Shown here: positions 6,822-16,873 of the stretch, piece by piece
Layout of the letters: each line of letters opens with the position of its first letter
Numbering within the stretch: position 1 is the stretch's first letter
Sequence record: SRR31156797_6344
Reading direction: 5' to 3' (one strand)
Length of the DNA: 20,000 nt
Translations under genes and position numbers: made by a program
Notes under the pieces: generated by a model
The model's input: only the letters and a program-made list of their open reading frames with translations
The model's database searches: none
Told to the model about the DNA's origin: nothing

Positions 6822-8144
6822 CTAGCTGATGGCAAAGTGCATAACAGTGAAAGCAAGTGGAGCACTCAGAAGAAGAGTGATGACTGTACGCTGGAACCAT
6901 ACAACAAGGATTTGTTTCACCGAGATTGGAATCTCAGTCGACAAAATGCATGGAATCGAAGCTGAGAAGAACAGGATTGAAGAAATAGAAATCTGACCAA
7001 TAACAAAACGGGAAACGAAATCTGCTTTTGATCCAATCAGAGCAGGCAGGAACATTTCAGCCAAACCCGTAGCGGCGGCTTTAGAGACCAACATAGGATC
7101 AGGAAGCTGCGCTATCCAGGCAAACGGATAGAACAGAATACCAAGCCACTCAAATACAGGCGTGTATTTAGCCAGTAACAAACCTAATAACCCAACCGAC
7201 ATGATTGAAGGCAGAATGCTCATTGCCATTAATAAGCCTTCCTTCAGGTTCTTAACGATGCTGCCAAACACGGGCTCTGATTTGTCTGCAATCTGGATAC
7301 CTTCATTTATTGCTTGTGTCAGGCGTGGCAAATCGCTATCTGTTTCGTCAGCAACGGCTTTTGAATCGTCCAACTGGCTAAGAGGACGAAGGTGAACAGT
7401 AATTGCGGTAACAACGAAAGTCAGAATTAGAGTGCTCCAGAAGAACAGATTCCAGATGTCCATCAAGCCAAGGGTTTTCGCAACAATGACCATGAAAGTA
7501 GCGGAAACCGTGGAGAAACCCGTTGCAATGATTGCCGCTTCTTTCGCTGAATACTGTCCATATTTGTAAACACGGTTAGTGATAAGCAAACCGATTGAGT
7601 AACTACCGACAAATGATGCAACTGCATCGATGGCTGATTTGCCCGGTGTTTTAAAGATTGGACGCATAATAGGTTGAAGCAACACACCAACCAATTCTAA
7701 AAGACCAAAACCGATCAAGAACGCAAGGAAAATAGCACCGACAGGAACGATAAGGCCGACCGGCACCACTAACTTACCAAACAGGAATGGCAGCATATCT
7801 TTTTCAAACAGAAGCGCTGGACCGACAGAAAAGAATGCCATTAATGCTGTGATAACACCGACCACTTTTAGTACAGAGAGTACTTTTTGTGTGGTGTTGC
7901 TATTCCAGCTTCCGGTAATAAAAGGATACAGGCTACCTGCGATGATCATCACTAGCGCATAAATCTCTACCCCCTGGGGTGAGGTGGTTTTTAGCCATGA
8001 AACCATGTGATCGAGCGGGATGGTTGACTTGCCGTTTATCTCTATTGGTACGAAGAAAAAGACAATACCGATGAGACTAAAAACAATGAGTTTAAGAACT
8101 GATGCCCAAACCGGTTTGGTTAGGGCAGGCTGAGTTGTTTCCAT
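6822..8144 (-). CDS. YjiH-family (Gate/nucleoside-recognition domain) membrane transporter; probably imports histidine or a histidine-pathway substrate
   Basis: Motifs 'GLLELVGVLLQPIMRPIFKTPGKSAIDAVASFVGS', 'EAAIIATGFSTVS' and 'GLAEMFLPAL'; many TM segments; downstream of hutG under a HutC box. Substrate is inferred from context. Confidence 0.8.
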   Translation of the reverse strand: METTQPALTKPVWASVLKLIVFSLIGIVFFFVPIEINGKSTIPLDHMVSWLKTTSPQGVEIYALVMIIAGSLYPFITGSWNSNTTQKVLSVLKVVGVITALMAFFSVGPALLFEKDMLPFLFGKLVVPVGLIVPVGAIFLAFLIGFGLLELVGVLLQPIMRPIFKTPGKSAIDAVASFVGSYSIGLLITNRVYKYGQYSAKEAAIIATGFSTVSATFMVIVAKTLGLMDIWNLFFWSTLILTFVVTAITVHLRPLSQLDDSKAVADETDSDLPRLTQAINEGIQIADKSEPVFGSIVKNLKEGLLMAMSILPSIMSVGLLGLLLAKYTPVFEWLGILFYPFAWIAQLPDPMLVSKAAATGLAEMFLPALIGSKADFVSRFVIGQISISSILFFSASIPCILSTEIPISVKQILVVWFQRTVITLLLSAPLAFTVMHFAIS

Positions 8145-8236
8145 ATGGAACCTTCCTTAGTTAATTGAGCGTTTCCTGCGTACTGATGAGCATACGTAGG
8201 AGTATCCTTGCTACATTCTTGAGGCGTTCTTATTTG

Positions 8237-9049
8237 TTATATTTTTGTTTTAAGTACAGAGGTTAAAATGGCTTTAAGTTGTGCTTTAACCGCTGTAGAT
8301 TTTTCTTCATCCAATTCATAGCGCCCCTGTGCTAAAGCGTGTTGACTTAGGTATGTGTCCTGAGACATTTCTAGTTGGATAGCGTGAATGTTATCGCTTG
8401 GCTTTCCGAAGCCGCGAGTGATAAAGCCACCTTTAAAGCGACCGTTTAATACTTGGCTGTAGTTGTCAGAGACCGCGTTCATTACTGCATTAACAATGTC
8501 AGCACTGCACGATTCACCTTGGTTGGTTCCCCAATTAAACTCAGGCAATGTTCCTTCAAACAGCATTGGAACTTGAGCGGCGATACTGTGAGCATCAAAC
8601 AGAATGGCATAGCCATGAATCGCTTTAAGTCGGGCAAGCTCTTGTTCAATTGTCGAGTGGTAAGGTTGCCAAATTTGCTGTTTATAGCGTTCGTGGTCAA
8701 CTGAGGTCGGCTCTTTACCTTCCAAAAATATCGGTGTTGAATCGAATAGAATTTCAGGGAACAGACCCGTGGTTTTGGTTGTATAGAGTGGCTTGTCGTC
8801 GCTTGGGCGGTTTAGGTCAACCACATAACGGGAATAGTTGGCTGAAATGACACTCGCCCCAAGTTCTTCGACACATTGGTAAAGCTCAGGAATGTACCAG
8901 TCAGTGTCAGGCAATTTACGGGCGGAATCGGTTAACCCTTGTTCAACTTCAGGCGTCAGGTTTAGCCCCGAGTGCGGCATACTCACCAGCAAAGGAGCAG
9001 TCCCTTGATGAAATTCGAACGGCGACGGCACGACATTGGCTTGGGTCAT
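8237..9049 (-). CDS. hutG: N-formylglutamate deformylase (amidohydrolase)
   Basis: Motifs 'SMPHSG', 'DTDW', 'SRYVVDLNR', 'DAHSI', 'NGRFKGGFITR' and 'HAIQLE'; divergent from hutF. Confidence 0.93.
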   Translation of the reverse strand: MTQANVVPSPFEFHQGTAPLLVSMPHSGLNLTPEVEQGLTDSARKLPDTDWYIPELYQCVEELGASVISANYSRYVVDLNRPSDDKPLYTTKTTGLFPEILFDSTPIFLEGKEPTSVDHERYKQQIWQPYHSTIEQELARLKAIHGYAILFDAHSIAAQVPMLFEGTLPEFNWGTNQGESCSADIVNAVMNAVSDNYSQVLNGRFKGGFITRGFGKPSDNIHAIQLEMSQDTYLSQHALAQGRYELDEEKSTAVKAQLKAILTSVLKTKI

Positions 9050-9076
9050 TTGACAGATACTCCGTTATCTTAAAGT

Positions 9077-9094
9077 TAAATGTATATACATTTA
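9077..9094. promoter_or_regulatory. HutC operator upstream of hutG
   Basis: Perfect 18-bp palindrome TAAATGTATATACATTTA with the TGTA-N2-TACA core of proteobacterial HutC sites. Confidence 0.8.
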
Positions 9095-9215
9095 TTAACA
9101 TAACTGTCACGAACCGTTGTTTCAAGTGTTTTGATGGATTAAATAAGCTGAGTAGTTCAAATTTTTGTTTATTTATTGCCCTGTTTTATGTGGGTGATTA
9201 CCGTTGAAAATATAA

Positions 9216-9229
9216 CTTGTATATACATA
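9216..9229. promoter_or_regulatory. HutC operator upstream of hutF
   Basis: CTTGTATATACATA, close to the HutC consensus CTTGTATATACAAG. Confidence 0.8.
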
Positions 9230-9291
9230 TAAAACCCCATTAAACTAATTTGAAACATGATTTTTACATTGCCAGTAACTAGGATTTCACT

Positions 9292-10677
9292 ATGACAGGG
9301 ACTCAAATACGTCATCATTACTTTGCTGAACGAGCTTGGTTGAATCAGGAATGGAAGAACAACGTACTGTTCGAAGTGACTGATGGTGTGTTTACACACA
9401 TCGAATCAGAGATTAAAGCCCCTGAAAGTGCAGTGCGCTTGTCTGGGCCTGTTCTACCAACGTTAGCCAATGTCCACTCTCACGCTTTTCAGCGAATCAT
9501 GGCGGGCATGGCGGAAGTGTGTCTAAACCCGAATGACAGCTTCTGGAGCTGGCGCGATCTGATGTATAAAATCGTTCAAAAGCTGTCGCCAGAGCAGGCC
9601 AATGTCATTGCAACACAGTTGTATATCGATATGCTAAAAGCAGGCTACACACAAGTCGGTGAATTCCATTATTTGCATCATGACGTGGCTGGTAAGCATT
9701 ACGCTAATAAGGCGGAAATGTCTCACCAATTGATTGCTGCGGCTGATCGTTCCGGTATCGGGCTAACCTTACTTCCGGTGTTATATTCTCATTCTGGCTT
9801 TGGTGGGCAAAAGCCAAACGAAGGGCAGGCGCGTTTTATTCATTCTTCTCAGTCCTATTTAGATTTACAAATTCAGTGTGAACAGGCACTCGCCGATTCT
9901 AAACTGCATAATCTGGGTATCTGCTTTCACTCCTTGCGTGCAGTCACCGAAACACAGATTAATGAAGTATTGAATGAGTTAGATAAAGAACGAGTGGTGC
10001 ATATTCATATTTCTGAGCAACAGAAAGAAGTGAATGACAGTATTGCTTGGAGTGGTCAACGTCCGGTTGAATGGTTACATGAACATATCGGTTTGAATGA
10101 GCGATGGAACTTAATTCACGCGACACATCTCAGTGATCATGAGCTAAACGCGATTGCCAGTAGCGGTGCGGTTGTTGGCTTGTGTCCAACGACTGAAGCA
10201 AACTTGGGGGACGGTATTTTCCCCGGTGTTGAGTTTGAGCATCTGAATGGTCGCTGGGGTATTGGCTCTGACAGCCACGTGAGCCTCTCCATTGTTGAAG
10301 AACTGCGAATTCTTGAGTACGGGCAGCGTCTGCGCGATCAACAGCGTAATCGCTTATATCGAGGCGAGCACATTCGCATTGGTGATAACCTGTTTAACCA
10401 GGCGTTATTGGGCGGAAATCAGTCATGTGGCGTAGCGTTGGGGTTATCTGTCGGTAGCCGAGCAGACTTCATGGTTCTTGACGATACTCATCCGTTCATT
10501 GGTGCGAGTGAACCTAAAGATATTCTGAATCGTTGGTTGTTTGCATGCAGTGAAAACGTAGTGAAAGATGTGTTTGTTGCGGGTAAGCAAGTGATTACAG
10601 ACGGTCGCCATGAACTCGACCCTGTGAGCCGTTCTGAGTTTGCACAAGTGATTAAGAAGGTGATTTATGATGCTTAA
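9292..10677 (+). CDS. hutF: Formimidoylglutamate deiminase
   Basis: Amidohydrolase motifs 'NVHSHAFQR', 'DSFWSWR', 'EFHYLHH', 'HIHISEQ', 'LCPTTEANLGDG' and 'GSDSH'. Confidence 0.95.
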   Translation: MTGTQIRHHYFAERAWLNQEWKNNVLFEVTDGVFTHIESEIKAPESAVRLSGPVLPTLANVHSHAFQRIMAGMAEVCLNPNDSFWSWRDLMYKIVQKLSPEQANVIATQLYIDMLKAGYTQVGEFHYLHHDVAGKHYANKAEMSHQLIAAADRSGIGLTLLPVLYSHSGFGGQKPNEGQARFIHSSQSYLDLQIQCEQALADSKLHNLGICFHSLRAVTETQINEVLNELDKERVVHIHISEQQKEVNDSIAWSGQRPVEWLHEHIGLNERWNLIHATHLSDHELNAIASSGAVVGLCPTTEANLGDGIFPGVEFEHLNGRWGIGSDSHVSLSIVEELRILEYGQRLRDQQRNRLYRGEHIRIGDNLFNQALLGGNQSCGVALGLSVGSRADFMVLDDTHPFIGASEPKDILNRWLFACSENVVKDVFVAGKQVITDGRHELDPVSRSEFAQVIKKVIYDA

Positions 10678-11281
10678 TCATAGTGAGGTTTTTACTATTA
10701 TTCCCCAGTCTGACTATCTAAGTATGCCGTGGAAAAATGGCTTAGGTGAAACTCTAGAAATTGTCGTTTGTCGTGTTAATGACGAATTGCTGTATAGAGT
10801 GAGTCAGGCTGCCGTTGTAGAAGATGGCGTGTTCTCAGATTTTAGCGGATTACATCGCACTTTGGTTTTGCTTTCAGGGCAAGGAATGCTGTTGACTCAT
10901 ACCGATGGTAATACCGAACGATGTCATGATCTTACACAGCCATTGTCGGTGGCTAAGTTCGCTGGTGGTGATGTTACTCATGCCGCTTTGGCGAATGGAA
11001 AAATTGAAGATCTCAACATTATGGTGAGAGAAGGTCGGGCGACTTCGAGTGTTGTTGCTCGATTGGCCCCTGATTCATTCCATATCAATTTTGAAGAAGA
11101 GGCATTGTTTAATGCATTTTATGCCAATAGTGATTGTTCTTTAATGATCGAATCACATGGTTCTAGAATCAGTATTCAACTAGAAAGCCAGCACACGATT
11201 CTGTTCCGTGAGCCTGTGAAGTTCGATCTTTTTACCGGTTCTGGTGTTGTTATAACCATTGATCAGATGGTTTCACCGTAG
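10667..11281 (+). CDS. hutD: HutD/Ves-family protein
   Basis: Motifs 'MPWKNGLGETLEI', 'FSDFSGLHRTLVLLSGQG' and 'DLNIM'. Overlaps the hutF stop (translational coupling); the true start may be ATG 10670. Confidence 0.88.
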   Translation: MMLNHSEVFTIIPQSDYLSMPWKNGLGETLEIVVCRVNDELLYRVSQAAVVEDGVFSDFSGLHRTLVLLSGQGMLLTHTDGNTERCHDLTQPLSVAKFAGGDVTHAALANGKIEDLNIMVREGRATSSVVARLAPDSFHINFEEEALFNAFYANSDCSLMIESHGSRISIQLESQHTILFREPVKFDLFTGSGVVITIDQMVSP

Positions 11282-12270
11282 AAGAACTTGCCTTCAAAGT
11301 TAATGATTTTTTCTGTAACTGGGGTTTCGGGGTGCTGTATGCGTTGCATTAATTGTTCAGCAGCAACTTTGCCAATTTGTTCTCTGGGTGTGACCACGGT
11401 TGCTAAAGTCGGGCTCATTGCTGAATAGATGTCTTGACCATGAAAGCCGACGATGGCGATTTGTTGAGGGACTTTAATTCCTTGACGCATACACTCACAA
11501 AGTGCCCCGATGGCAATATCATCGTTGGTACAGCAGATACCGTCTATTTCTCCATATTCCTGTTGTGCACGCTTCAATAATGTTGCACCCAGAGTATAAG
11601 AAGATGATTCCATCGTGGTGACCACCATAGAATCTAAATTGGCTGCTTCCACGGCCATTTCGTAACCGTAAATTTTTTGCTTGGTACGTTCATCCATTCG
11701 CGCAGCAAGGTAGACAATATTTTTCTTACCTCGTGAAATCAGAATGTTGGTAGCCTCTTCACTCTCTTTGGCGTTGTTAATGCCAACCGCTTGTTGAATC
11801 GGTGTTGAAACAGAGTCCATGATCTCCACAATAGGAATACCAGAAGCACTTAAAATCTTTTTAGAGCGCTCGGTGTGGTAACTTTCAGACAGAATAATGC
11901 CATCGACATTGTACCCGAGCAAAATCTCAATGCGTTTTTCCTCCGTATGTTTTCCGTAGCCATAGTGGGCGATCATTGCTTGATATCCCAGTGGTTCGAT
12001 AACACCCTCAATCCCTCTGAGCACATGGTCAAAAACCTGGTTGGTTAAAGAGGGGAGAAGTACGCCAATCGAGTGGCTCTTGGACTTAGATAAAATATCT
12101 GAAACCCTATTGGCAACGTAACCTAATTCTTTGACTACCTGATCAATTTTCTCACCAACGTTAGGTGATACTTTGCTCGGGTCTCGCAAATAGCGACTTA
12201 CGGTCATTTTCGTGACCCCAACTTGGTCAGCAATATCTTGTAGAGTCGGTCGGTTTTTTTTCGTTGTCAT
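11263..12270 (-). CDS. gntR: LacI-family gluconate regulon repressor
   Basis: N-terminus 'RPTLQDIADQVGVTKMTVSRYLR' and 'IGVLLPSLTNQVF' closely resemble E. coli GntR; cognate operators lie upstream of the operon. Confidence 0.92.
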   Translation of the reverse strand: MTTKKNRPTLQDIADQVGVTKMTVSRYLRDPSKVSPNVGEKIDQVVKELGYVANRVSDILSKSKSHSIGVLLPSLTNQVFDHVLRGIEGVIEPLGYQAMIAHYGYGKHTEEKRIEILLGYNVDGIILSESYHTERSKKILSASGIPIVEIMDSVSTPIQQAVGINNAKESEEATNILISRGKKNIVYLAARMDERTKQKIYGYEMAVEAANLDSMVVTTMESSSYTLGATLLKRAQQEYGEIDGICCTNDDIAIGALCECMRQGIKVPQQIAIVGFHGQDIYSAMSPTLATVVTPREQIGKVAAEQLMQRIQHPETPVTEKIINFEGKFFYGETI

Positions 12271-12291
12271 ATCGTCGTTCCACTGTGTTTA

Positions 12292-12317
12292 GCTGAGACA
12301 TATACTCATATCTCAGC
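12292..12317 (-). other. Intercistronic stem-loop between eda and gntR
   Basis: GCTGAGA (12292-12298)/TCTCAGC (12311-12317), extendable with a G-U pair on the - strand; no U tract. Confidence 0.55.
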
Positions 12318-12331
12318 CAGTTAGACAATTT

Positions 12332-12976
12332 TTATCGGGAATTCATTGCACAATCAACCGCTTCTTTAGTGAGTTGTGTAATTGTCTCCCAGTTTTTTGC
12401 TTCAATCGCAGAGGCTGGAATCATCCATGTACCACCCACTGTTTTGACACAAGAGAGTTGTTGGTAATCTGCGATGTTCTGCGCTGTAATTCCACCAGTC
12501 GGACAGAAGCTGATTTGTGGTAAAGGGGCTGAAATTGCTTTGAGTGTTTTAACACCGCCATTTGCTTCCGCTGGGAAGAATTTAAGGTGGTCATAACCCA
12601 GATCAAGCGCCGTCATTATCTCTGTTGGCGTCGATACCCCCGGAATCAATGGTATCGATTTCGATGCTGCATGTTGTAGTAAATAACTGGGTGCTCCCGG
12701 AGAAATAATAAACTTCGCGCCAGCTTCTACGCACTGGTCATATTGCTCTGTGGTGAGTACTGTCCCAGCCCCGACCAAGCTGTTAGGCATCGCCTCAGCG
12801 ATCGCCTTTATGGCATCAATCGCTACCGGAGTACGTAAGGTGATTTCAAATACATCGATTCCACCTTCTGCCAGAGCCTGTGCCAGAGGGACAGCATCTT
12901 CAATATCGTGAATCACCATCACAGGGATGATTGGTGAATGGGCAAAAATCTTTTCCGGTAAATGTTTCCAATCCAT
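12332..12976 (-). CDS. eda: KDPG/KHG aldolase
   Basis: Motifs 'EITLRT', 'VGAGTV', 'ISPG', Schiff-base 'LKFFPAE' and 'FCPTGGI'. Confidence 0.97.
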   Translation of the reverse strand: MDWKHLPEKIFAHSPIIPVMVIHDIEDAVPLAQALAEGGIDVFEITLRTPVAIDAIKAIAEAMPNSLVGAGTVLTTEQYDQCVEAGAKFIISPGAPSYLLQHAASKSIPLIPGVSTPTEIMTALDLGYDHLKFFPAEANGGVKTLKAISAPLPQISFCPTGGITAQNIADYQQLSCVKTVGGTWMIPASAIEAKNWETITQLTKEAVDCAMNSR

Positions 12977-13017
12977 GAGTTTTCCTATTGTGTATTGGTA
13001 GCAGTTAAAGTTTAAAA

Positions 13018-14817
13018 TTAAAGTATGCTCGCACCTTGTTCTGCGGTAGAGATGTTATCCCTAAACACTTTAAACAGCTCTCTTCCGCTGCCAGTATGGC
13101 TGTTATTCTGAGTGAATATGGCCGCTTCTCTGTCGTTGATATCTTGAAGCACATTGATGTTTCCGGTCATACCATCGACTTCTATCAAGTCACCATCATG
13201 CAGCTTTGCTAACATGCCTTCGCGGTTGGCTTCAGGCGTGATGTGAATCACGGACGGAACCTTACCTGATGCGCCTGACAGACGACCATCTGTAATCAAC
13301 GCCACATTAAGTCCTGATTTCATCAGGTTACCCATGATGGGCATCAGCTTATGCAGTTCTGGCATTCCATTCGCGGAAGGTCCGTTAAAACGTACGACGA
13401 TAACGGTATCTTCAGTAAACAGACCTTGTTTATAGGCTGTTTCGACATCGTGTTGGGAGTCAAATACTTTCGCAGGGGCAGTCACTTTGCGGTGCTGTTC
13501 TGCAACCGCACTGACTTTCATTATTCCACGCCCCAGATTTCCAGACAGTACTTTCAAACCTCCGCTATTACTGAACTGACTATTACGGTCTGCTAACACG
13601 CTGGTATCAAGGCTTTCAGCCAACTGATGGAACTGTAATTGCTGGTTATCGTCCAGATAAGGGGTTGTCAGATAATCATCCATTGAGCCATAAACCGGAT
13701 TGGCGTCCATGAAGATGAGTCCTCTGTGATTCAAATTGGCCATCAGTACGGGAACACCGCCAGCCTGATGGAACGCGTTGATATCAGCGTTACCATTTGG
13801 ATACATTTTGACCAGTTGAGGCACTACGTCTGATAACTTGTCGAGATCGTCCCAGGTGATGATCCAGCCTGCTGCTCTCGCTACGGCTACGAGGTGGATG
13901 GAGTGATTGGTGCTACCGCCAGCAGCTAGCAAAGCAACCAGCCCATTGACGACGGATTTTTCATCAACGACATACCCTAACCCTTTGGTTGTGTGTTGGG
14001 GAGCGCTGATTGCAGCGATGTGAGTCGCTATTTTTTGAGTGAGTTTGTCTCTCAGTGGTTCGTTGTAAGGCACGAATGCCGATCCGGGTAACATCAGCCC
14101 CATCGCCTCAAGAACCAGTTGGTTTGTGTTGGCAGTGCCAAAGAAGGTACAGGTACCGGCTGAGTGATAGGCTTTACACTCCATATCCAGTAAAGCGGAT
14201 TTGTCCAGTTCCCCCGCAACGTATTTTTGTCTGGTAGAAACTTTTTCATCATTACTCAAACCGGTAGGCATTGGACCCGATGGGACAAAAGCAGTAGGTA
14301 GGTGACCAAAGGCTAACGCTCCAATAAGCTGCCCGGGAGCAATCTTGTCACACACGCCCATTAAAAGGGTGGCATCAAAGGTGTTGTGGCTGAGTGACAT
14401 TGCTGTTGACTGAGCAATCAGGTCTCTGGAAAAGAGAGAAAGCTCCATACCATCATTACCCTGAGTAATACCGTCACACATAGCTGGGACACCACCCGCC
14501 ACCTGTGCGCTATTGCCATACTCTGATACTGCGTGCTTGATAATTTCCGGGTAGTCACGATAAGGTTGATGTGCACTGACCATATCGTTATAGGCCGTAA
14601 TGATAGCAACATTGGTTTTGGTGAAATCTAATATAGCGGTCTTATCTTGTGAACTAGACGCGGCTACAGTATGTGCCAGGTTCCCACAGGCGAGTCCGGC
14701 ACGTTGCTTACCTTTGGTTTGTTGTGTTTCAAGGTTGGCTAAATATTCTTTACGGCTTTGAATACTTCTCTGGACAATGGTGTCCGCCACTTGAACAACT
14801 ATTGGGTTCATTGTCAT
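13018..14817 (-). CDS. edd: 6-phosphogluconate dehydratase
   Basis: Motifs 'CGNLAH', '[11 protein letters not shown]', '[10 protein letters not shown]', 'CDKIAPG', '[13 protein letters not shown]' and '[10 protein letters not shown]'. Confidence 0.97.
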   Translation of the reverse strand: MTMNPIVVQVADTIVQRSIQSRKEYLANLETQQTKGKQRAGLACGNLAHTVAASSSQDKTAILDFTKTNVAIITAYNDMVSAHQPYRDYPEIIKHAVSEYGNSAQVAGGVPAMCDGITQGNDGMELSLFSRDLIAQSTAMSLSHNTFDATLLMGVCDKIAPGQLIGALAFGHLPTAFVPSGPMPTGLSNDEKVSTRQKYVAGELDKSALLDMECKAYHSAGTCTFFGTANTNQLVLEAMGLMLPGSAFVPYNEPLRDKLTQKIATHIAAISAPQHTTKGLGYVVDEKSVVNGLVALLAAGGSTNHSIHLVAVARAAGWIITWDDLDKLSDVVPQLVKMYPNGNADINAFHQAGGVPVLMANLNHRGLIFMDANPVYGSMDDYLTTPYLDDNQQLQFHQLAESLDTSVLADRNSQFSNSGGLKVLSGNLGRGIMKVSAVAEQHRKVTAPAKVFDSQHDVETAYKQGLFTEDTVIVVRFNGPSANGMPELHKLMPIMGNLMKSGLNVALITDGRLSGASGKVPSVIHITPEANREGMLAKLHDGDLIEVDGMTGNINVLQDINDREAAIFTQNNSHTGSGRELFKVFRDNISTAEQGASIL

Positions 14818-14880
14818 ATCGCGTTACCTGAGGCAGTGAAGCGCCCCGTTATATAAAACTTTAAGCAAAAGCTGATGGAA

Positions 14881-14898
14881 GGGCTGACGAATCAGCCC
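14881..14898 (-). other. Intercistronic hairpin with a UUCG loop between gntK and edd
   Basis: - strand GGGCTGA-TTCG-TCAGCCC, followed by TTCC (weak tail). Confidence 0.55.
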
Positions 14899-14919
14899 CT
14901 ATTTTTAGAAAATGTTTAG

Positions 14920-15402
14920 TTAAACTCTGGCGAGAATATCGTGAACGACTTTTTCTGGAGGCTGATTGATATCGATGTGCAGTGCCTCTTGCTCACTGGG
15001 TTCGATCAGAGTGTTAAATTGACTTTCTAACATGGCAGAGCCTTGGAAATAGTGATCTTCTCTTGCTTTGTGTCTGGACCAAATAGTCTCAAAATCACCT
15101 TTTAAATAACAAAATGTCAGATCGCTACATCCGCGTCGCAGAATATCCCTGTATTCAGGTTTTAATGCAGAGCATGCCAATACTAAGTTGTCTTGTTCCT
15201 GAATGAGGCTATTCAGCTTTACCAGCCACTCTTTTCTGTCTTCATCTGTCAGTGGAATACCGTTGCGCATCTTCTCTACGTTTTCACTAGAGTGGTAATC
15301 ATCCCCATCGAAGAACGGGATGCCTAATGAAGTAGCTAGAGAATGACCGATAGAAGACTTACCACATCCAGATACCCCCATAACGACATATTTCATATTC
15401 AT
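14920..15402 (-). CDS. gntK: Gluconokinase (GntK/IdnK family)
   Basis: Walker A GVSGCGKS; 'DGDDYH', 'GIPLTDEDR..WL', 'ACSALK' and 'LESQFNTLIEP'. Confidence 0.95.
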   Translation of the reverse strand: MNMKYVVMGVSGCGKSSIGHSLATSLGIPFFDGDDYHSSENVEKMRNGIPLTDEDRKEWLVKLNSLIQEQDNLVLACSALKPEYRDILRRGCSDLTFCYLKGDFETIWSRHKAREDHYFQGSAMLESQFNTLIEPSEQEALHIDINQPPEKVVHDILARV

Positions 15403-15436
15403 ACTATCAACTCACAATTAAATAAAACGGGTACAC

Positions 15437-16873
15437 TTATCGCCACCATAAGGCCAGCTCGGGGAACATGATTACGAGAGCAAGAACACAGACCTGTAGT
15501 GCAATAAACGGAAGTAAAGCGGTAAAGATTTCACCGAGACTGATGTCTTTCGGTGCCACAGATTTAAGGTAAAACGCTGCTGGACCAAACGGTGGTGAAA
15601 GAAACGCCACTTGCATATTCAAACAGAACACAACGCCGAACCAAATAGGGTCCATACCGAGGCCTGTGATGATTGGTACGAAAATCGGCATGGTGAGTAG
15701 AGCAACACCAACCCAGTCTAAGAACATGCCAAGAACAAACAGAATCGCCATCATAATGAGAAGTGTCGACATTGCATCGCCGCCACTCAAAGCCAGAATC
15801 GTCTCTTCTACGAAGTCAATTCCGCCCATTAAGTTATAGACACCAACTAGCGCTGAGGCACCAATACCGATCCACATGATCATGCCACAAGTACGCATTG
15901 TTGCCACAGCAGACTCTTTAACCATTTTCCAGTTAAGTTCTTTACGAATGGCTGCACTGATTGCGATACCAACGACACCAAGGGCAGACGCTTCTGTCAC
16001 TGATGCAACACCGGTATAGATACTGCCCAGTACCGTAGCGACTGATAGTAGAGGGAAAAACAGAGCTTTAAAGTAGCTTGGCGTGTTTTCTGAATCCTTT
16101 GCTAGGTCCTCTTCACTTGGAAGCGGAGCGAGAGCAGGGTTAAGTTTACAGCGAATCAGTACATAACCGATGTAGAACATAGCCAGAATGAAGGCAGGTA
16201 AGAACGCAGCTTTGAATAATTCACCAATCGACACTGAAGCAGAAAGGCCATAGATAATCAGTACAATACTTGGAGGTAGCATGGTACCTAAAGCACCACC
16301 TGCACACGTTGTACCGATGGCAAGTTTGCGGTCATAACCCAGACGCAGCATTTGCGGTAGCGCGAGAATGCCTAGCAGTACCGTTTCACCACCGATAACA
16401 CCAGACATAGAAGCAAGAACCACAGCAACAAGTAGGGTCTGTACTGCAACACCACCGCGGACTTTACGCCCGACACTCTTCATTGCGTCGAATAGATCTC
16501 GTGCAATACCTGAACGGTCGAGTAAAGCGGCCATCAGTACAAACATAGGTACAGCAAGGAAAACATACCCACTTACGAAGCTAAAAATGCGGCTTGTAAT
16601 CAAAGGTAGGGCATCGACACCAAACCAACCCAAGGTAAAAATCAAAGCGACGAGTGCAGTAACAAAAGCGAGCTGCATACCGGTCAATAGCAGTCCTATC
16701 ATCAGGACCAGCATCAATAAACTGCCATACTCGATGCCAATTGAAGATAAGTTCGCAGTGTATGTTTGAACGCCTACCCAACCCAAAGCAGCAGCGATGG
16801 CCATTAAACCGATAATAATGAATATCGGGTTACGGTTTCCGGATGACGGTTTTGTGGAAGATAAATTAATCAT
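15437..16873 (-). CDS. TRAP transporter large permease (DctM), 478 aa
   Basis: Motifs 'LAVPMFVLMA', 'GGALGTMLPPSIVLIIYG', 'DPIWFGVV' and 'LSPPFG'. Start set at ATG 16873, overlapping the dctQ stop (ATGATTAA). Confidence 0.93.
   Translation of the reverse strand: MINLSSTKPSSGNRNPIFIIIGLMAIAAALGWVGVQTYTANLSSIGIEYGSLLMLVLMIGLLLTGMQLAFVTALVALIFTLGWFGVDALPLITSRIFSFVSGYVFLAVPMFVLMAALLDRSGIARDLFDAMKSVGRKVRGGVAVQTLLVAVVLASMSGVIGGETVLLGILALPQMLRLGYDRKLAIGTTCAGGALGTMLPPSIVLIIYGLSASVSIGELFKAAFLPAFILAMFYIGYVLIRCKLNPALAPLPSEEDLAKDSENTPSYFKALFFPLLSVATVLGSIYTGVASVTEASALGVVGIAISAAIRKELNWKMVKESAVATMRTCGMIMWIGIGASALVGVYNLMGGIDFVEETILALSGGDAMSTLLIMMAILFVLGMFLDWVGVALLTMPIFVPIITGLGMDPIWFGVVFCLNMQVAFLSPPFGPAAFYLKSVAPKDISLGEIFTALLPFIALQVCVLALVIMFPELALWWR

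Noticed and set aside
8174..8201. CTGATGAG (hammerhead ribozyme core-like) inside a hairpin between hutG and the YjiH-family gene
   Set aside because: No stem II followed by GAAA and no matching cleavage-site helix. It is also on the non-coding strand.
9077..9229. TGTATATACA motifs as LexA/SOS boxes
   Set aside because: LexA needs CTGT-N8-ACAG. These are TGTA-N2-TACA sites between hut genes and fit HutC.
9169..9399. 76-aa - strand ORF overlapping the hutF start
   Set aside because: Antisense to hutF and spans a HutC box; most likely a shadow ORF.
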